DNA of 64,000 nucleotides from Kondoa subrosea (GCA_039545335.1 BCIN01000011.1:186001-250000), one strand, 5' to 3'. Positions 38,738-54,125 are shown, counted from the stretch's first letter. Translations and numbers: made by a program. Notes: generated by a model not told the origin, from the letters alone.

Positions 38738-40362
38738 ATGACTGACAAATACTCCATCACGGGCGCTATTTCGAACATGCGACTAGATAAGACTGGCAAT
38801 TCAGCAATGCCAAAGCCTTTCTATTGGCCTAATACTACCGCAAGCAACGAGAAAGGCTTTCAGGACAATCCTCTTCCCCAAAGTCTGCGGTATCTACTAC
38901 TGAATCAGCGTACTTTGGACGATAGACAAGCAGAACAATTGACCCTCCAACTCTTGGCTTATTTGGACAAAGACTACAATAAGCACAAAGCTGAATCTCA
39001 TTTGTGGCTGCCTGCAGCTTTGATCGAAAACCTACCATTGGGTTTTCGTGGCGAAGTTGTAATCTCAATATTCGAAAGATGTCTTCCTGCTTCTGACAAA
39101 GAACACACTGACTGGCTCGATATTGTTTCCCGCGTAAGATACGATGAACCTGCAGAAGCTCTTATAATATCCTGCGCACCTCTTTACAATAACCCAGACT
39201 TTCGAAAGACAGTCCCGGAAGTCATGCAACAGTGGTCAACTCGGAAACTGTTCTTCTACGCTCACTGGTCAGCTTGTCGTCGTTCAGTCGAACCTACGCG
39301 TGAAATGCTCAGAAGTCGTGATCAACTTGGGTTTTCCACCTGGATCCAAGTGCGAAAGTTGGAACTTCGTGCATCTCACTTGCGTTCTGATCAACAAATC
39401 GCATTATTCAGCGAGCATCGCAGAAACGATCATACTTGGGCAATGGCAGAGTTCGGATCTAATGCATATAATATGTCGCCTTTTAGCAGATCAATACAAC
39501 GTCTGCAACAGAAGGCTGGTCCTGGTAGGTGCTATGCGTAGAAGCAAATTTCGCTAAAGCTTCTTTACTTTTAGACTCTATTAGGTTCAATCCTTTCAAG
39601 GCAATCCTACCTATACCATTTTATTGGAAACAAAGCAAAGAACCCGTTCCTCGTCCTCCTGCTCTTACCGCATTGCTCAACAAAGAACACTTGACGCTCA
39701 CAGAAAGCGGCAAGCTCGCTCTTTCTTTATTACAATATCTTCACGATGATTGGGAAGTCAACGGCTCGAAGTCTGGACTTTGGCTTACGTCCGCTCTGAT
39801 CAATCGCTTACCTCTTCATTGGCGCTCTGAATTGGTTGTAGCGTTAATGGAGGCACGTTTACGAGAAGATGTAACCAACGGCAAGCACTTTGAAGATTTG
39901 TGGGACGTCAGCTACGATCAAAGTACACGAAGCGCTCTCAATCACTACATCAAACTTGGTCGGATTTCGCATCCCTTTCCGGCCAACTTGATGGCCAGCG
40001 ACGGCGGTCAATTCATGTATGTATTATGGAATGGTCGCTCCGTGGCAGCATCACGAGAGGACGGTAAAGCAATGCGCAGTTTCGAGAGTACCGGCTTCAC
40101 TTATCTGGTAAAGCGGTTCCTCTTGGAAACAACTGCAACAGAGAAGCACGGCCCCAATGTGAATAAAATCCACCAACATTGGGCAGCAGCGTCTACAGAG
40201 TACACTCGGTCTGATCACGAAATTGCAATGAATGAATTCGGGAATGGGGTGTATGAACTTTCGCCTTTTGCACGCGCTACCAGACGTCTGCAATCCAATC
40301 ATGGTCAAGCTCTGTTGCATTGTACGCCTTTGGCTTGCCATGCTTCATGGATTTCGAGCTGA
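38738..40362 (+). CDS. Hypothetical protein built from two tandem homologous ~240-aa domains
   Basis: ORFs 38738-39541 and 39529-40362 are joined in frame by intron 39525-39574. The two halves align along their length. Confidence 0.7.
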
Positions 40363-40610
40363 TCTTTGTCTTACGCAGCTACTACTGCAGCTTGATGTTG
40401 TTGTTGCACGAAGATATGCTTGTATAGACACCTTTCGAATGTGCATTGCTCTTGCTGCTGTATAAAATGCTTTCGTCAGAGCTGCTTTCATTTCATAAGA
40501 CTGAGAGCGCGACGCGGTATAAACAAAGCTCTTTGTTATTTTTTCCATGCTTGACCCTTTTCCATTCTCCTTGCCGTTCAACCGCTTCGTCAACTCTCTA
40601 CAGCACAGTC

Positions 40611-42755
<2,145 letters not shown>

Positions 42756-42889
42756 GTTTGGGGGAATAAGAGAGAAGAAGAAGAAGGGGAATTGGAGGGT
42801 TTTCTGTCTCACACTTTCGTTTGTATTGTATAAAGCGCACATTGATTATTGTTTCTTCTTTCTCGTGCATTGCATTTTGGCATTTACTA

Positions 42890-44086
42890 CTACGACTTGC
42901 GTAACAATCCTACTAATTCGCTCTGCAAACCTTGACGTTTCCGACCCTCATCTAAACCTTCCATTGATCGCAAATCATTAACAATATCTCTCGTCTTGTG
43001 CAAGTAGACCTCCTGTCGCATTACGGACACTAACAATCAGTACAAATTTGATTGCCACAGACCCGTGCGCCGACCTGCAAAGCGCTCCTCATCTTGAGTT
43101 CCTGTTCTTCAATATAGCGACCAATATTAGCAACATGAGGATTAGGTAAAGTCATATCCAAAGTCGCATCCTGTTCGTTTTGCCTAGTCAAACTTCCACC
43201 TAATTCAATCTTGTTTTGATTCTCGTTTGAAGGAGTAGTATGAGAAATGTGAAGCATGACTGTTGAAGTTAATTTGTAATGCGCTGTTCTACCACGTTCG
43301 GTAGCTTCGAAAACATGAATCGAATCCCAAGATCCAGAGCGAGAGGAAGTTGAAGTTGCTGTTTGAGTAGGAGGAGCATGTGCTATATTAGCAATGATCA
43401 ACAGGATTCGGAATAACCAAAAGAAGAAGCAAATGTACTCTTTTGGAGAAGGACTACGCCTGCGAAAGAACCTTCCTCGTCCAGATCCCATAGGTAGACA
43501 GATGATATGCCGCCTTCATAGTACCTACCTCCTGAATGAGCAAACAAGCCTTAAGCAATAATTCGAGGGGAGCACTTACATATCTCTGTATACATCAAAA
43601 GCTTCATTCGCAGCTTGTTCTAGCTTCCTCAACTTCTCTGAAGGTTGCGTCCCATCAGGTAATGGTGGATCATACTCGTTTGACCAAGGTGATCTATTCC
43701 ATTACAGTCAGCGCATGATCCCCCTTTCCCTTGCGCGTGCAAACTAACCTATAAGAGTCCCCATCTCTGTTGTAATCGCAAACAAGGTAGGACTTTGCAG
43801 CTTTGGGATCATTCTTAATCTTTAAAGGTTGATCAACAGAAGAAAGGATGTCATCTGCCAAATCTGGGCAGAGCGACACTAAGCTAGCCAAGTTCTCTTC
43901 TATGTCTTGAGGTGGTAAGCGTCGACATATATCTAGGAAACAGCAAAGTCAATGCGTTGAATCATTCCATGCATCTCTCTCGGCAAGAGAGCTTACCTAG
44001 AATGCTGTTCAAGTGTAGCCCTGACAATCAGAGACTGTTGTCTGTCTGGTTTGGCCATGTACTGACCAATCTAATTGAGATGCCAT
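42890..44086 (-). CDS. CAP2: F-actin capping protein beta subunit
   Basis: [59 protein letters not shown]. Confidence 0.96.
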
Positions 44087-44290
44087 GTCGTAGTCTGGGG
44101 TCGAGCGAAAAGGTGAGTCGGCATTTCGCGCTCAATGACGGGCAAAGGACAACTGTCAAGTTATTCAAACACAAGCTGATTTACTGTAAGGCGCGCTAGA
44201 AGAATCACTGAGACCAGATAGAGTGTGGATAAAATACACTGCAGTAGACTAGAATGAGATGCCAGCAATGAAACGTGAGGAAGCGAATGT

Positions 44291-45316
44291 CTAGCATTGG
44301 CATAAGTCTATTTGTTCTCCTTCTTCACTGGTACAAACAACCAACTCAATCCTATCAGAGCTTTCAAAACACCGCCTATCGTTAAAGCTATATACGGGTT
44401 GAAGTGATCATCTCTGTTTCCGCATGTCAGTGAAGGCTTCATTATAAGATTCAAGAGAGACTCACGCTAGTTTCCCTATCAGCCCTCCTGTTGCAACAGC
44501 AACTAATGCCAATGCGCGAATAAATCGATCTGGATTCGCTTTGATTGCAAAGAGGTTGTTGTCTGCTGCTAATGAGGACCAGACGGAAGTAAGGACCTGT
44601 GAGAAAATTGTACAATGTCAGTCGAGTAAAGCGACAACAGAATACAGTGTACTCACGACTGTAGTTTGAAATGTTGTAGCTAGCTTTTGCGCCATGATAC
44701 ATTGAGATCCCATAGCTGTTGCTAGTAGAACGAACGCTATTGATCCATCTGTACTTCTCCAAGAGATATGAGATGTTGCTGGAAATACAACCAATCAGCT
44801 TTATCCCTCTTTCCTAGCGAGGATGAATCTACGAGATAAGAACAAGAGCAAAGCAGCAAGCAATTGCAACACCGCTTGAGCCAATGTAGCCAAACATAAC
44901 CATTTCGGACTCTTTTCTTTCCCGTAAAATGAGCCAAGTCTCCCAGTCAAGAAAGCGCCAAAACCAAAAAAGAGGAAGACTAAAGCACGTTGTCCATCTT
45001 CTATTCGAGCTGTACCTTGAAACAAAGAAGGGAGAGCCATTGCTAATTGAACACTGTTACCTGAAGTTTGATGCATAAGTACTTGTGTAAGAAAAGCACC
45101 GAAGGGAAGGAAGGAACCAGTTTGGAAAGCTATCCATGTTTGTGCTCGAGAATACGTGACAGCATCCGATATGCCCACAGTCAGACAAAGCAGGGCTAAA
45201 GGGAGAGTAGCTTTGTTTCCATCGATAGGTAAATTGCGATCATAGCTTCCTGAGCTCGACGCTTTCGGTTGATTCGCGGAAGAAGGCAGGAGTGGATCTC
45301 GTTCGTTTGCAGGCAT
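44291..45316 (-). CDS. DUF1275 (YoaK-like) multi-pass membrane protein
   Basis: Spliced motifs GISDAVTY..AFQTG|NSVQLA, FGFGAFLTG, AMGSQC, TTV|VLTSVW; about six hydrophobic helices. Confidence 0.8.
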
Positions 45317-45490
45317 CTCAGCAGCAAAGAAGAACGCGGTTATATAAAGACCGATCAAATGAGCAAATCTTTGACAAATCTCCGCATTTGTTGGAATTGC
45401 ATGCTTTGCGAGGTTTGGTTAGCATCCGTGACTTGTTAGGCTTTCGCTTTCTCTACCTTTCTTCTATCTGTCTTGAACAATTCCGATAGG
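45317..45490. promoter_or_regulatory. Putative bidirectional promoter between the DUF1275 gene and the oxalate decarboxylase
   Basis: 174 bp between divergent ATGs; TATATAAA at 45341-45348; CAAAT at 45356, 45364 and 45375, and inverted at 45386. Confidence 0.5.
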
Positions 45491-47918
45491 ATGAAGCTCC
45501 TTCTCTTGCTCGCTGCGATCTCAATATCTGCACTTCCACTCGCTCCACGTTCTCAAATCAACCAATTGACTTTCGTAGACGGTGCTATTGAGACTCGTTT
45601 GTATCCTAAAACTTACAATACCGATGAAATCCCTTCTGCTCCTCTTGAAGGCAACCCAAGCTATTTTGGTGATCCTACTTGGAGTAAGAATCCGGTTGCA
45701 GTAAGAGGAAAGAAAGGTTCTAGTGTTCTCGGACCTCAGAATAGAAGATTGGATAGGATGAATGCGTAGGTTCCTCATATGGCAAACGAAAGTGAGGACG
45801 ATATATATACTTATGTAATCTCGGATAGTGATTCTCTGGCTCCTCCTTCTACGTATGTTCCGCTCGTGGGAAATGGAGATGAAGACTCTGATCATATCGT
45901 AGCGATCATGGCAAAGTCCCCAACGCTAAATGGCCTGTGAGGAATCCCTCTATGATATATGCTTTGGTATATTCAGCGATTGGACCTTCTCACAGTATGG
46001 CAACTCCCACAATCGTTTGAGCGATGGAGGGTGAGTTTGCTTGCGCGCGTGCGCTACTAGATTGCACGCTCATGTATTAGATAGATGGGCTCGTCAGCAG
46101 AATCAACAAGTCTTGCCAATTGCTACCGAAGTATGCGATGCTCTCAAATTCCGTAAGACTGATTCTCATCGTATTTCTGTCCTTAGATGGCAGGTGTAAA
46201 CATGCGACTGGAGAAGAATGCAATCCGAGAACTTGTGAGCCTTTTACTGTATTATGCTTTAGCGCTATAATCGAGCACACTCTATCTAGCATTGGCACAG
46301 AGCTTCTGAATGGTCTTACATGATCTCTGGTAGCGCTATAGTCACTGCTGTCGATCCTCAAGGTCGCAATTTCATCGAAGAGGTCAATCAGGGTGATGTG
46401 CGTGCTCAATAATGGCTGTTGGCATCGAGATACTGATGTGACTGTTATAGCTTTGGTATTTCCCTGCCGGTGGCACGTTCTTCGTGCTCGTCACCATAGG
46501 AGAGAAGAAGCTCATTAGGCTGAACAGTCCCTCACTCTATTCAAGCAATCGGTGATGATCCAAATGGATGCGAGGTAGGCATATACCTTTCCTCTGCAGT
46601 ATACAGGCTAATGGATCTCTCTCAGTTTATCCTGGTTTTCGACGATGGCAAATTCGGTCAGTACCTGACTGAGACGTGCATGGTCCTTGTATTGATTTCT
46701 ACTCAACTTGCTCAGACGAGAACGAAACCTTCTTGTAAGTTTGAGCTACCAAATTGATCCGCTTGATTGCTGACTTCGCATCTTGTACAGACTGGTGACT
46801 TTCATTGAAAACTCCTGCAATATGTATCGTTGAGTTGAATCTTATACTACAGACTGACTGGCTCGCTCGAGTACCAAAAAACGTTCTTCGCAAATCTTTC
46901 GGCTTCTCAGATGCATCTCAAGCCTTTGACAAGATCCCAGGGGAAGAAGTGAGCATCACTTTTCCATCTAACTTTGTTCTGTGTACCGACATATGTACAG
47001 CTCTATATTTTCAGGGGAAGTGAAGCAGCATCAGTAGCCCAGCAAAAGATTAAATCACCTCATGGAGTAGTCCCAGAACCTTACGTTCATAAATTCAGTA
47101 CTCAACAGAAGATGCATTTCGATGGAGGCTGGTACGTCATTCTGGGGACTCTTCCTTCAAGAAATACTAAGATGATGCGGATACAGGGTCAAGATTGCTG
47201 ATTCTACCAATTTCAAGGTTTCAAAGACTATCGCTGCCGCTGAAGTTATGCTACACCCTGGCGCTATCAGGGAATTACGTGAGTCCATGCATCCACCGAT
47301 CATAGGGCTAGCTGAGACAGACTAGACTGGCACCCTGATGCCGACGAATGGGATTTATATCTCGTCAGTAGCTGTCTTGTCTCAGAATACAGTCGTCTGA
47401 TGCATATCGCAGTCCGGAACTACAAGAGTAGGTGTATTCATCGGTAGTGGAAAGTAGGCTCAAACAGCATCAGCCTGAAAAGCATGGCTGAAGTCATTTT
47501 CCTTCAGCGCCCATACTTTCAACTTTGAGGCTGGTGATGTCGGCTACTGGAAGCAGCAGGTGAGTTATACTATATCCCCCTGCTGCCTGTTGACTTATGG
47601 ACTGTTAGAACGGTCACTATGTTGAATGCCTCGGTCCAGAGCCATGTCGTTTCCTGGAATGCTTGAATGTAAGCATCTACTGTTGGTGCAAGACAGAGCT
47701 GACGATTATGTGATAGACCGACAAGTACTCGGATGTCTCGCTCAGCCAATGGCTGGCCCTCACTCCAGTCCAACTGGTTGCGGATCATTTGCGTGTGTCG
47801 AATGAGACAATTCAGAAGTTCAGCAAAGGTGCGCAATCTCCATTACCAATATGAAAGAGGCTAATCAGCGACTGCAGAGAAACCTGTCTTGCGTAGCGGA
47901 AGCGTTGAAATCAGCTAA
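45491..47918 (+). CDS. oxdC: Secreted bicupin oxalate decarboxylase (OxdC family), ~21 exons
   Basis: Signal peptide. Spliced motifs GGWARQQN, MAGVNMRL, IRELHWHRASEW, LWYFPAGVPHSIQ, LVFDDGKFDENETFLLTDWL, IRELHWHPDADEW, GHYVE, DVSLSQWLALTP. Confidence 0.93.
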
Positions 47919-49054
47919 AGTGCTGCTCATGAGCAAATATGTCTCGCATGAAAGTATTGATGTTAAGAGAAAGAACCTCAAATGTATATTTCGTTGTGAT
48001 CTGTTGTGACTTATGCTTGAACATAACGACTTTCAGCTTGATTCCCCTTGAAAGACTTTCTTCAAATTGTCCGCAACCTGTGACTTCTCTATCAACAGTG
48101 CTGCTAGGGCTTGAATCGCTTGATCTTGCTCTCAGCACTCCCCTCTGCCATTGGTTTTGTAAATCGCCTGGCGGAGCTCTGTATGTCAATTCCTCGTGAA
48201 TCATATTCCGCCAGAACATTACAGATGGAAGCAGTAGAGATGTCTGCCACATATACAACTGTTTAACTCCATCGTCGATGTCTCTTTTGACCCTGCTAGC
48301 GACGCGTTACAATCTTGGATTCTTGCCCAAACCTTAGAATCAAGAGTCTCTGAAGTGGTGCAGTACTTACCGTCGAAGAGCAAGATACTCTACCTGACTA
48401 CAAGGTCAAGACCATCCTCAGGCAAGAAAGCTGATACGAATTGAAGTCCATCTTCAGTGCCAGGAGCAGGGCAAATTGGTAGAAGAGGGTCAACTCAACA
48501 TGTCCGAGAATCTCAAACATTTCTGCGATGAAGCATACGTAGGATAGTCGAGTTTGGCTTGGGCTCATCTGTCAGAAGATCGATCCAGTCAAACAGACGA
48601 AGCTGCTCGAACGATCATGCTTCATATGTACATAGCAGAACGGCTCACTCCGCTTATTCTTATTACTATCAATGCTCTTCCTGGCAGCAAGAACGGTACG
48701 ACAGCAACAAGACTACTAAAGCATTTGCAAAAAGAAGTTTGTTGCAATCGAAAGTAATTGTCGATGGTAAGGAAAGAACGATATCTGCGAGGAGTTTTTC
48801 TTTGCGATTACGGTCAGCATATACGGATCTCGGTTCTCTAATCTTCTCAGCTCGAAAATCTTGATCGTTCTTCTACTTCTTAACCGCTTACTGAACTCTT
48901 GTCCTGACGACTGTCTAATTGTTGTCGTATCCCTGCAGCATTGCAGATCTCGAAGTCTGATGAGCAACCCTGCAAGTAATTTAAACTCGTTTTCAAGCAT
49001 CTTGACCTGTTCCCTTTGTCTTTCATCATTGCCAGCAAAACTTGTCAAGGACAT
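47911..49054 (-). CDS. Hypothetical protein (multi-exon, uncertain)
   Basis: Co-oriented ORFs 48716-49054 and 47911-48258 with intron-like gaps; no family recognised. Confidence 0.3.
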
Positions 49055-49391
49055 GTCACTCCCTTGAACAGTCTGTCATTTGTAGAAGAGCTTACTGAAT
49101 TTAGTTGGTGTCTGTTCTATTAGTCAGAACACTCTGCGTTTCATTAGTCACTATCTTCTAGTGCGTTTCATGCCCTTTGATTGTTTTGCCACTGCGGCAA
49201 GCGAAGCAGTGCCAGCTTCTCTATACAAAGCTGATTTCTCCCTTCTCTTCTCTTTCCATCTCAGGCGACGAGCACTTTTTTTCGAATCAGTTTGCCCAAC
49301 TCTTTTGCTGTGTCTCATCTTATTTTCAGATATCCAGTGCGTACTCTTTATATATCCTTGAGAGATCAGCTGAAGTCAAATTCAGTTCAGC

Positions 49392-50292
49392 ATGATTCCA
49401 ACTCATATCAAAGTTCCTCTCGATTCTGCGGAGCTCGAGAACTTCAAAGATCGTAGAATTGTCACAACGTGGGAAAGTGCTGTTCCCAATTACGATTTGG
49501 ACAGGGTTCTGCGCGCAACAGACGACAGGGAGTGTCAAATTGAAGACTTCATCTGGAGACCTAGAGAAGGAGCGAGAACTGAGATACCTGCATACCAGAG
49601 TAAGTCCATTTCTTCATCTTATCCCTTATCTTTTGATTTATTCTTGGGAAACAGATGCCCAGCAATTGCTTATGCCTCCTTATACTTTGCTGGTTCCGGG
49701 TCAAACGACAAGGAGCGAAGCAAAGCTCTATGTCGATGGTATTCGGGAACTAAAGACGCCCAGCACATTCCCGAGTAGGGCTCCGCCGAGTAGTCACACC
49801 AGTGGGTCTCTTTCATGATAATGCCGGACAAGTCTGACATCTTTATGTCCAGGAGCTAGTAACGCCCCAACTCTGGCAGATCGTAAAGATCCGCCCAAAG
49901 CTCCCGTTGGCCCCGGTGTGTACCACTGTCTTGCTTTAATCTCAATATTGCTGATGAATAATGCTAAGTCGCTGCTAGATTTCAAGGTGCTGCTTACCAC
50001 GTCAAGAATCTGGTCAACCCATCTCGCCCATCTGCAAACAGGCCGCCAAAACGATACCGTACCGCAGCCGGCTGGAAGGATTATCACAATCAGACCACCG
50101 AGATCCAATGGCGCAACGGTGCCTGGCATCACGAAACACCCGCAGGACAATGGATTCCAGTACCAGCAGCCGATTTGGTATTCAATTAAAGTGATAGATC
50201 AGACAATATTTATGCTCGAAACATTTCAATCATCTCTGCTTTGCAATTTCATGTCTGCTGTACTATTTAGTCCTGTACCTCGTGCATTCTAG
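49392..50292 (+). CDS. Hypothetical Pro-rich protein (multi-exon, uncertain)
   Basis: ATG at 49392, GTAAGT donor near 49600, in-frame continuation through the ORFs at 49459 and 49918. Confidence 0.35.
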
Positions 50293-50670
50293 ATTTCAGC
50301 AATTTATTGACAATGAGTGATAATGACAAACATCGCATGACGAATGAATAGAGCTCGACTAATCTTGACTTTGAATCGGCCATGCGATAGCTATAAACGA
50401 GCAAAAACGAAATCACAGACAGAAGGGCCAAGAAGATCACCCAGGGACAGACAGATTTGCTCGAAGCTCGGTACACAGCTCAGAGGAAAGAAAAAATGAA
50501 GCGCCATTTAATATTGGATGGAGAAGGAATAAGCATGCAGCTAGATCAACCATACTCTTTGTATACCGTCTCTGGTGACCACACAGGATTTCAGCCAGAG
50601 GAACCAGGAAATCACCAATAACGTCAACGTTGCTCTCCAACTTCAAGTATTTTCTTTTCTCGAGACCATC

Positions 50671-53108
50671 ATGTCGCAGCCGGCTCATATCACCAAACTC
50701 ATTACGCTGCTCAACGTAGCAAATGCTCGACCTGCTAATCTCAAGCGAAACCGACCTGAATCGCATGAGTTCTACAAAATAGCGAAAAGAGCAAGATTAG
50801 CAGATCTAGTGACTGCTCAAGCGGAGATACAGCAAAAGGAGGTCAAGGAAGTCAAGAAAGCTACAAAGGAACAGCTGGAAGTAGCCGACGCTGATCTGGA
50901 AGCTCAAGGTTAGCGATTCCAAAAATGTTCGCAAGATCTAGTATTGATGCAAAGACAGCAGAAGAAGAGACAGACGATGCTTACAAAGTTCATTTCGCTC
51001 CTGAATCAGAATTACTATCAGCTACTGCTCTTGCTGCCGTGAAAGAAAGTGTTTGGCAAACATCAAGTACGGAGATTGAAGGTTTAGGCAAAGTACAATT
51101 GTCCTCTGTCGCTCAGCTACAGTCTACGGCGGAGTCGAAAGTAAGCTTGCGCAGCCTCAGATGTCACGGCTGGCTGACGTATGACTCACAGATCAATCCG
51201 AAGCTTCTGGCTAAGCTACAAGCACACCTCGCAAAACAAGGCGAAGGTATGTCCGTTTAACAACCTTTGGTCTCCTGCTCAATCTTCTGCAGAATCGATA
51301 CCGACTGACTTAATAAAAGAAGTTGGCTCATATAAAGATCTCTTCCATCCACATGTTTCGCTGGAAGAACATGACAAGCTCCGTTCAATCATTGCCCTGC
51401 ATGCAATGAACCATATCATCAAGTGAGTATTGCAGCGAGACAACGCGATTGAGTCTCATACTCGCTTTCTCATTTTCGCAGAACCAGAACTCGCGTGCTG
51501 AAGAATAACGAGCATCTAGCACATCATGCAGCAGCAGAGAAGGCAAAAGAACCACTACCAACTTTACCAGATACGCGGGATCAAGGTTTCACTCGACCTA
51601 AAGTCTTGATTCTTTTACCTTTCCGAAACTCCGCAACAACTTGGCTGGATCTTCTTTCTACCCTATCACTAGCTACATCGATCGAGAACCATGCTCGGTT
51701 GTTATCCGAATACACTTTACCTGAAGATTCGATTGATAAACTTGCTCAACCTGATGCGAGTTCCAAATACCCTTTGGATCATATCGCTACTTTCAAAGGA
51801 AACATCGACGATTCTTTCAGATTGGGTATCAAGATGAATAGAAAAAGCTTAAAACTGTTTACGGAATTTTATTCGAGCGATATCATTTTAGCGAGTCCTT
51901 TAGGTTTGAGGAAATCGATCGAAGCCAAAGGAAAAGAAGCAGAGGGTGAAGCTGATTTCTTGAGTTCGCTTGAATGTGTTGTGGTGGACCAAGGTGAAGT
52001 TATGGGTATGCAGAATTGGGAACATTTACAAGTCAGTCCAGATGAATAGCTGTAGTGACTTGCTCACTTTGGCTGTTATATGACTGACAGTTCGTCTTTG
52101 ATCACTTGAACAAGATTCCGAAAGAAGCGCATGGATGTGATTTCGCTCGTGTGAAACCATGGTATCTCGATGGAAAGTAAGTATATTGCTCTGCATCCAC
52201 ATTTGACACAGCTAACATTATTGCTGAAGGGCATCAAATCTACGTCAAACTATCTTCCTCTCTTCTTATGAAACTCCAGAAATGCGATCTCTCTTTCGAA
52301 CTGACTTCAATAATGTAGCTGGCAAACTTCGAGTAATAGCAGAAGAACAAGGAGTATTACAACATGTGCGAAGAGGAGTGCAGCAAGTCTTCAATCGGTT
52401 CGATGCGGATGAAGCAGAGGAAGAAGATGAAGCGCGTTATCAAGCTTTCATTACCCGAGTAAGTGATCTCTTCTGATCGATATCTGTCGTAGCTTATCAG
52501 ATTTCTAGACTCTCCCTGGATTGCTCAAATCTGCTGTAGCTTCAGCTGGTCACACACTCATATTCGTTCCATCATACTTCGACTTCCTTCGGGTGAAAGC
52601 TTACCTACGAACGATTGACGATCTAGAATATGCTTGCATCTCAGAGTGAGCGGTTGATCTCCTTCCTTCGAAAGCCTGTTGACCGTTTTAATCTCACAGA
52701 TACTCCTCGAATTCGGAAATTGCTAGAGCAAGAAACTCTTTCTTGGCTGGCAAACTACCCTTCTTGGTTATGACTGAGCGATTCCACTTCTTTAGAAGGT
52801 CAGTGGATGCCTTTCTCTTCAGCTTTGTTCTGATGAAAATGGGAACCATTTTTGACAGATACCGAATCCGCGGGGCTCGCACTCATGTCTTCTACGCTCT
52901 ACCCGAGCACGCAATCTTCTATCAAGAAATGCTCGCTCTGCCATTCGAAGAGGTTCCGAACAGCAAGTATGAGATAGCGGACGAATCCGAGGTTTCAAGC
53001 CAAGTCCTCTTCTCCAAATTCGATCTACTCAGGTTAGAGCGTATAGTGGGAAGAAAGAATGCAGTGAAGATGCTCGGTGCGGAAGAGGAGCGCTTCAGGT
53101 TTTCGTAA
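50671..53108 (+). CDS. UTP25: U3 snoRNA-associated protein Utp25 (DUF1253/DIEXF)
   Basis: [72 protein letters not shown]. Confidence 0.95.
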
Positions 53109-53324
53109 AAGCATCACATGGCATGATTTATACAACATTATGGATGCTGCATTTCATCAACCGCCCGACTTACGCTTGAGATCACTTGGACATTTTTCTC
53201 TCTGCTCGGGATAGTCATCCTACGGGATCCTCAGGCATTTCTAGCCTACTTCCCCTTTGTTTGCAGCTCACAAAAAATGCGCAATTTTCCTTCTCTCTGC
53301 TTTTCTCGTTCCCTGTGCTCATCT

Positions 53325-54125
53325 ATGGCTGAAAGTAGTCACATGCTTCACATCACTTCTTTGCCTTCCGTTCTTTCTGCAGAGCGCTTGACATACGAGC
53401 TGAAGAAGAGCTTCAAAAGTATGTCTGGCCTCAATTTGGTTCGGACCTTGCTCACCTTGCTATAGTATGCGGTGATATCACCTCTCTCAAGTAGGTCGAT
53501 CTCCAGCACGAGGCTGAGAAGAGCTGATCTTACCTTCGATCAGAATTCAACCGCTCAAAGAAGCTGCCTTCATCTCTTTTGCTAATAAAGATGTGAGCAT
53601 CTCATTCTTGCCAGTCTTTTCTTGAACCCTGGCTGATGCTGTACTTAGGCTCTCGTCAAGGCAATTCAACTTATTGAAAATGGTCTGTTCATCGGTAATC
53701 AGAAGCTGAACATACTTTACGGGAAAGGTGGGATTACATCAACGGCTAGAGAGGTTGGTGGGAAGAAGAGAAGTCGCTCGCCAGACTTCGAAGAGGGAGA
53801 GATATTTGATAGTCCAACCGAGAAGGGAAAAGTCGCTTGGAAACCCTATGAAAGAGCGAGCTATGTTCGAAGGAAGATCATCACCGAAACGGCGTCTAGG
53901 CCCACTGGTCTGAAGATCAAGCTCGTCATACCTCCATCCAAGAATCTCAAGCAATGTTTACCACCCAAGCCATCAATTGCCGTCCAGAAGAATCCTTCTT
54001 CAGCTGGTCAAACTATACCTGCGTCGGCAGTTCAAGATTCGATAAGTCCAGCTGCGGCTTTCTCTCCCAAGCTGCCAGCTTTTCGCTCGATGAATTACTG
54101 GTACAGAGCATCTTGCATACTATAA
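53325..54125 (+). CDS. Small RRM-like RNA-binding protein (3' end uncertain)
   Basis: LHITSLP (RNP2-like), AAFISFAN (RNP1-like), LFIGNQKLNILYGK, then an RSRSP tail. Confidence 0.5.
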
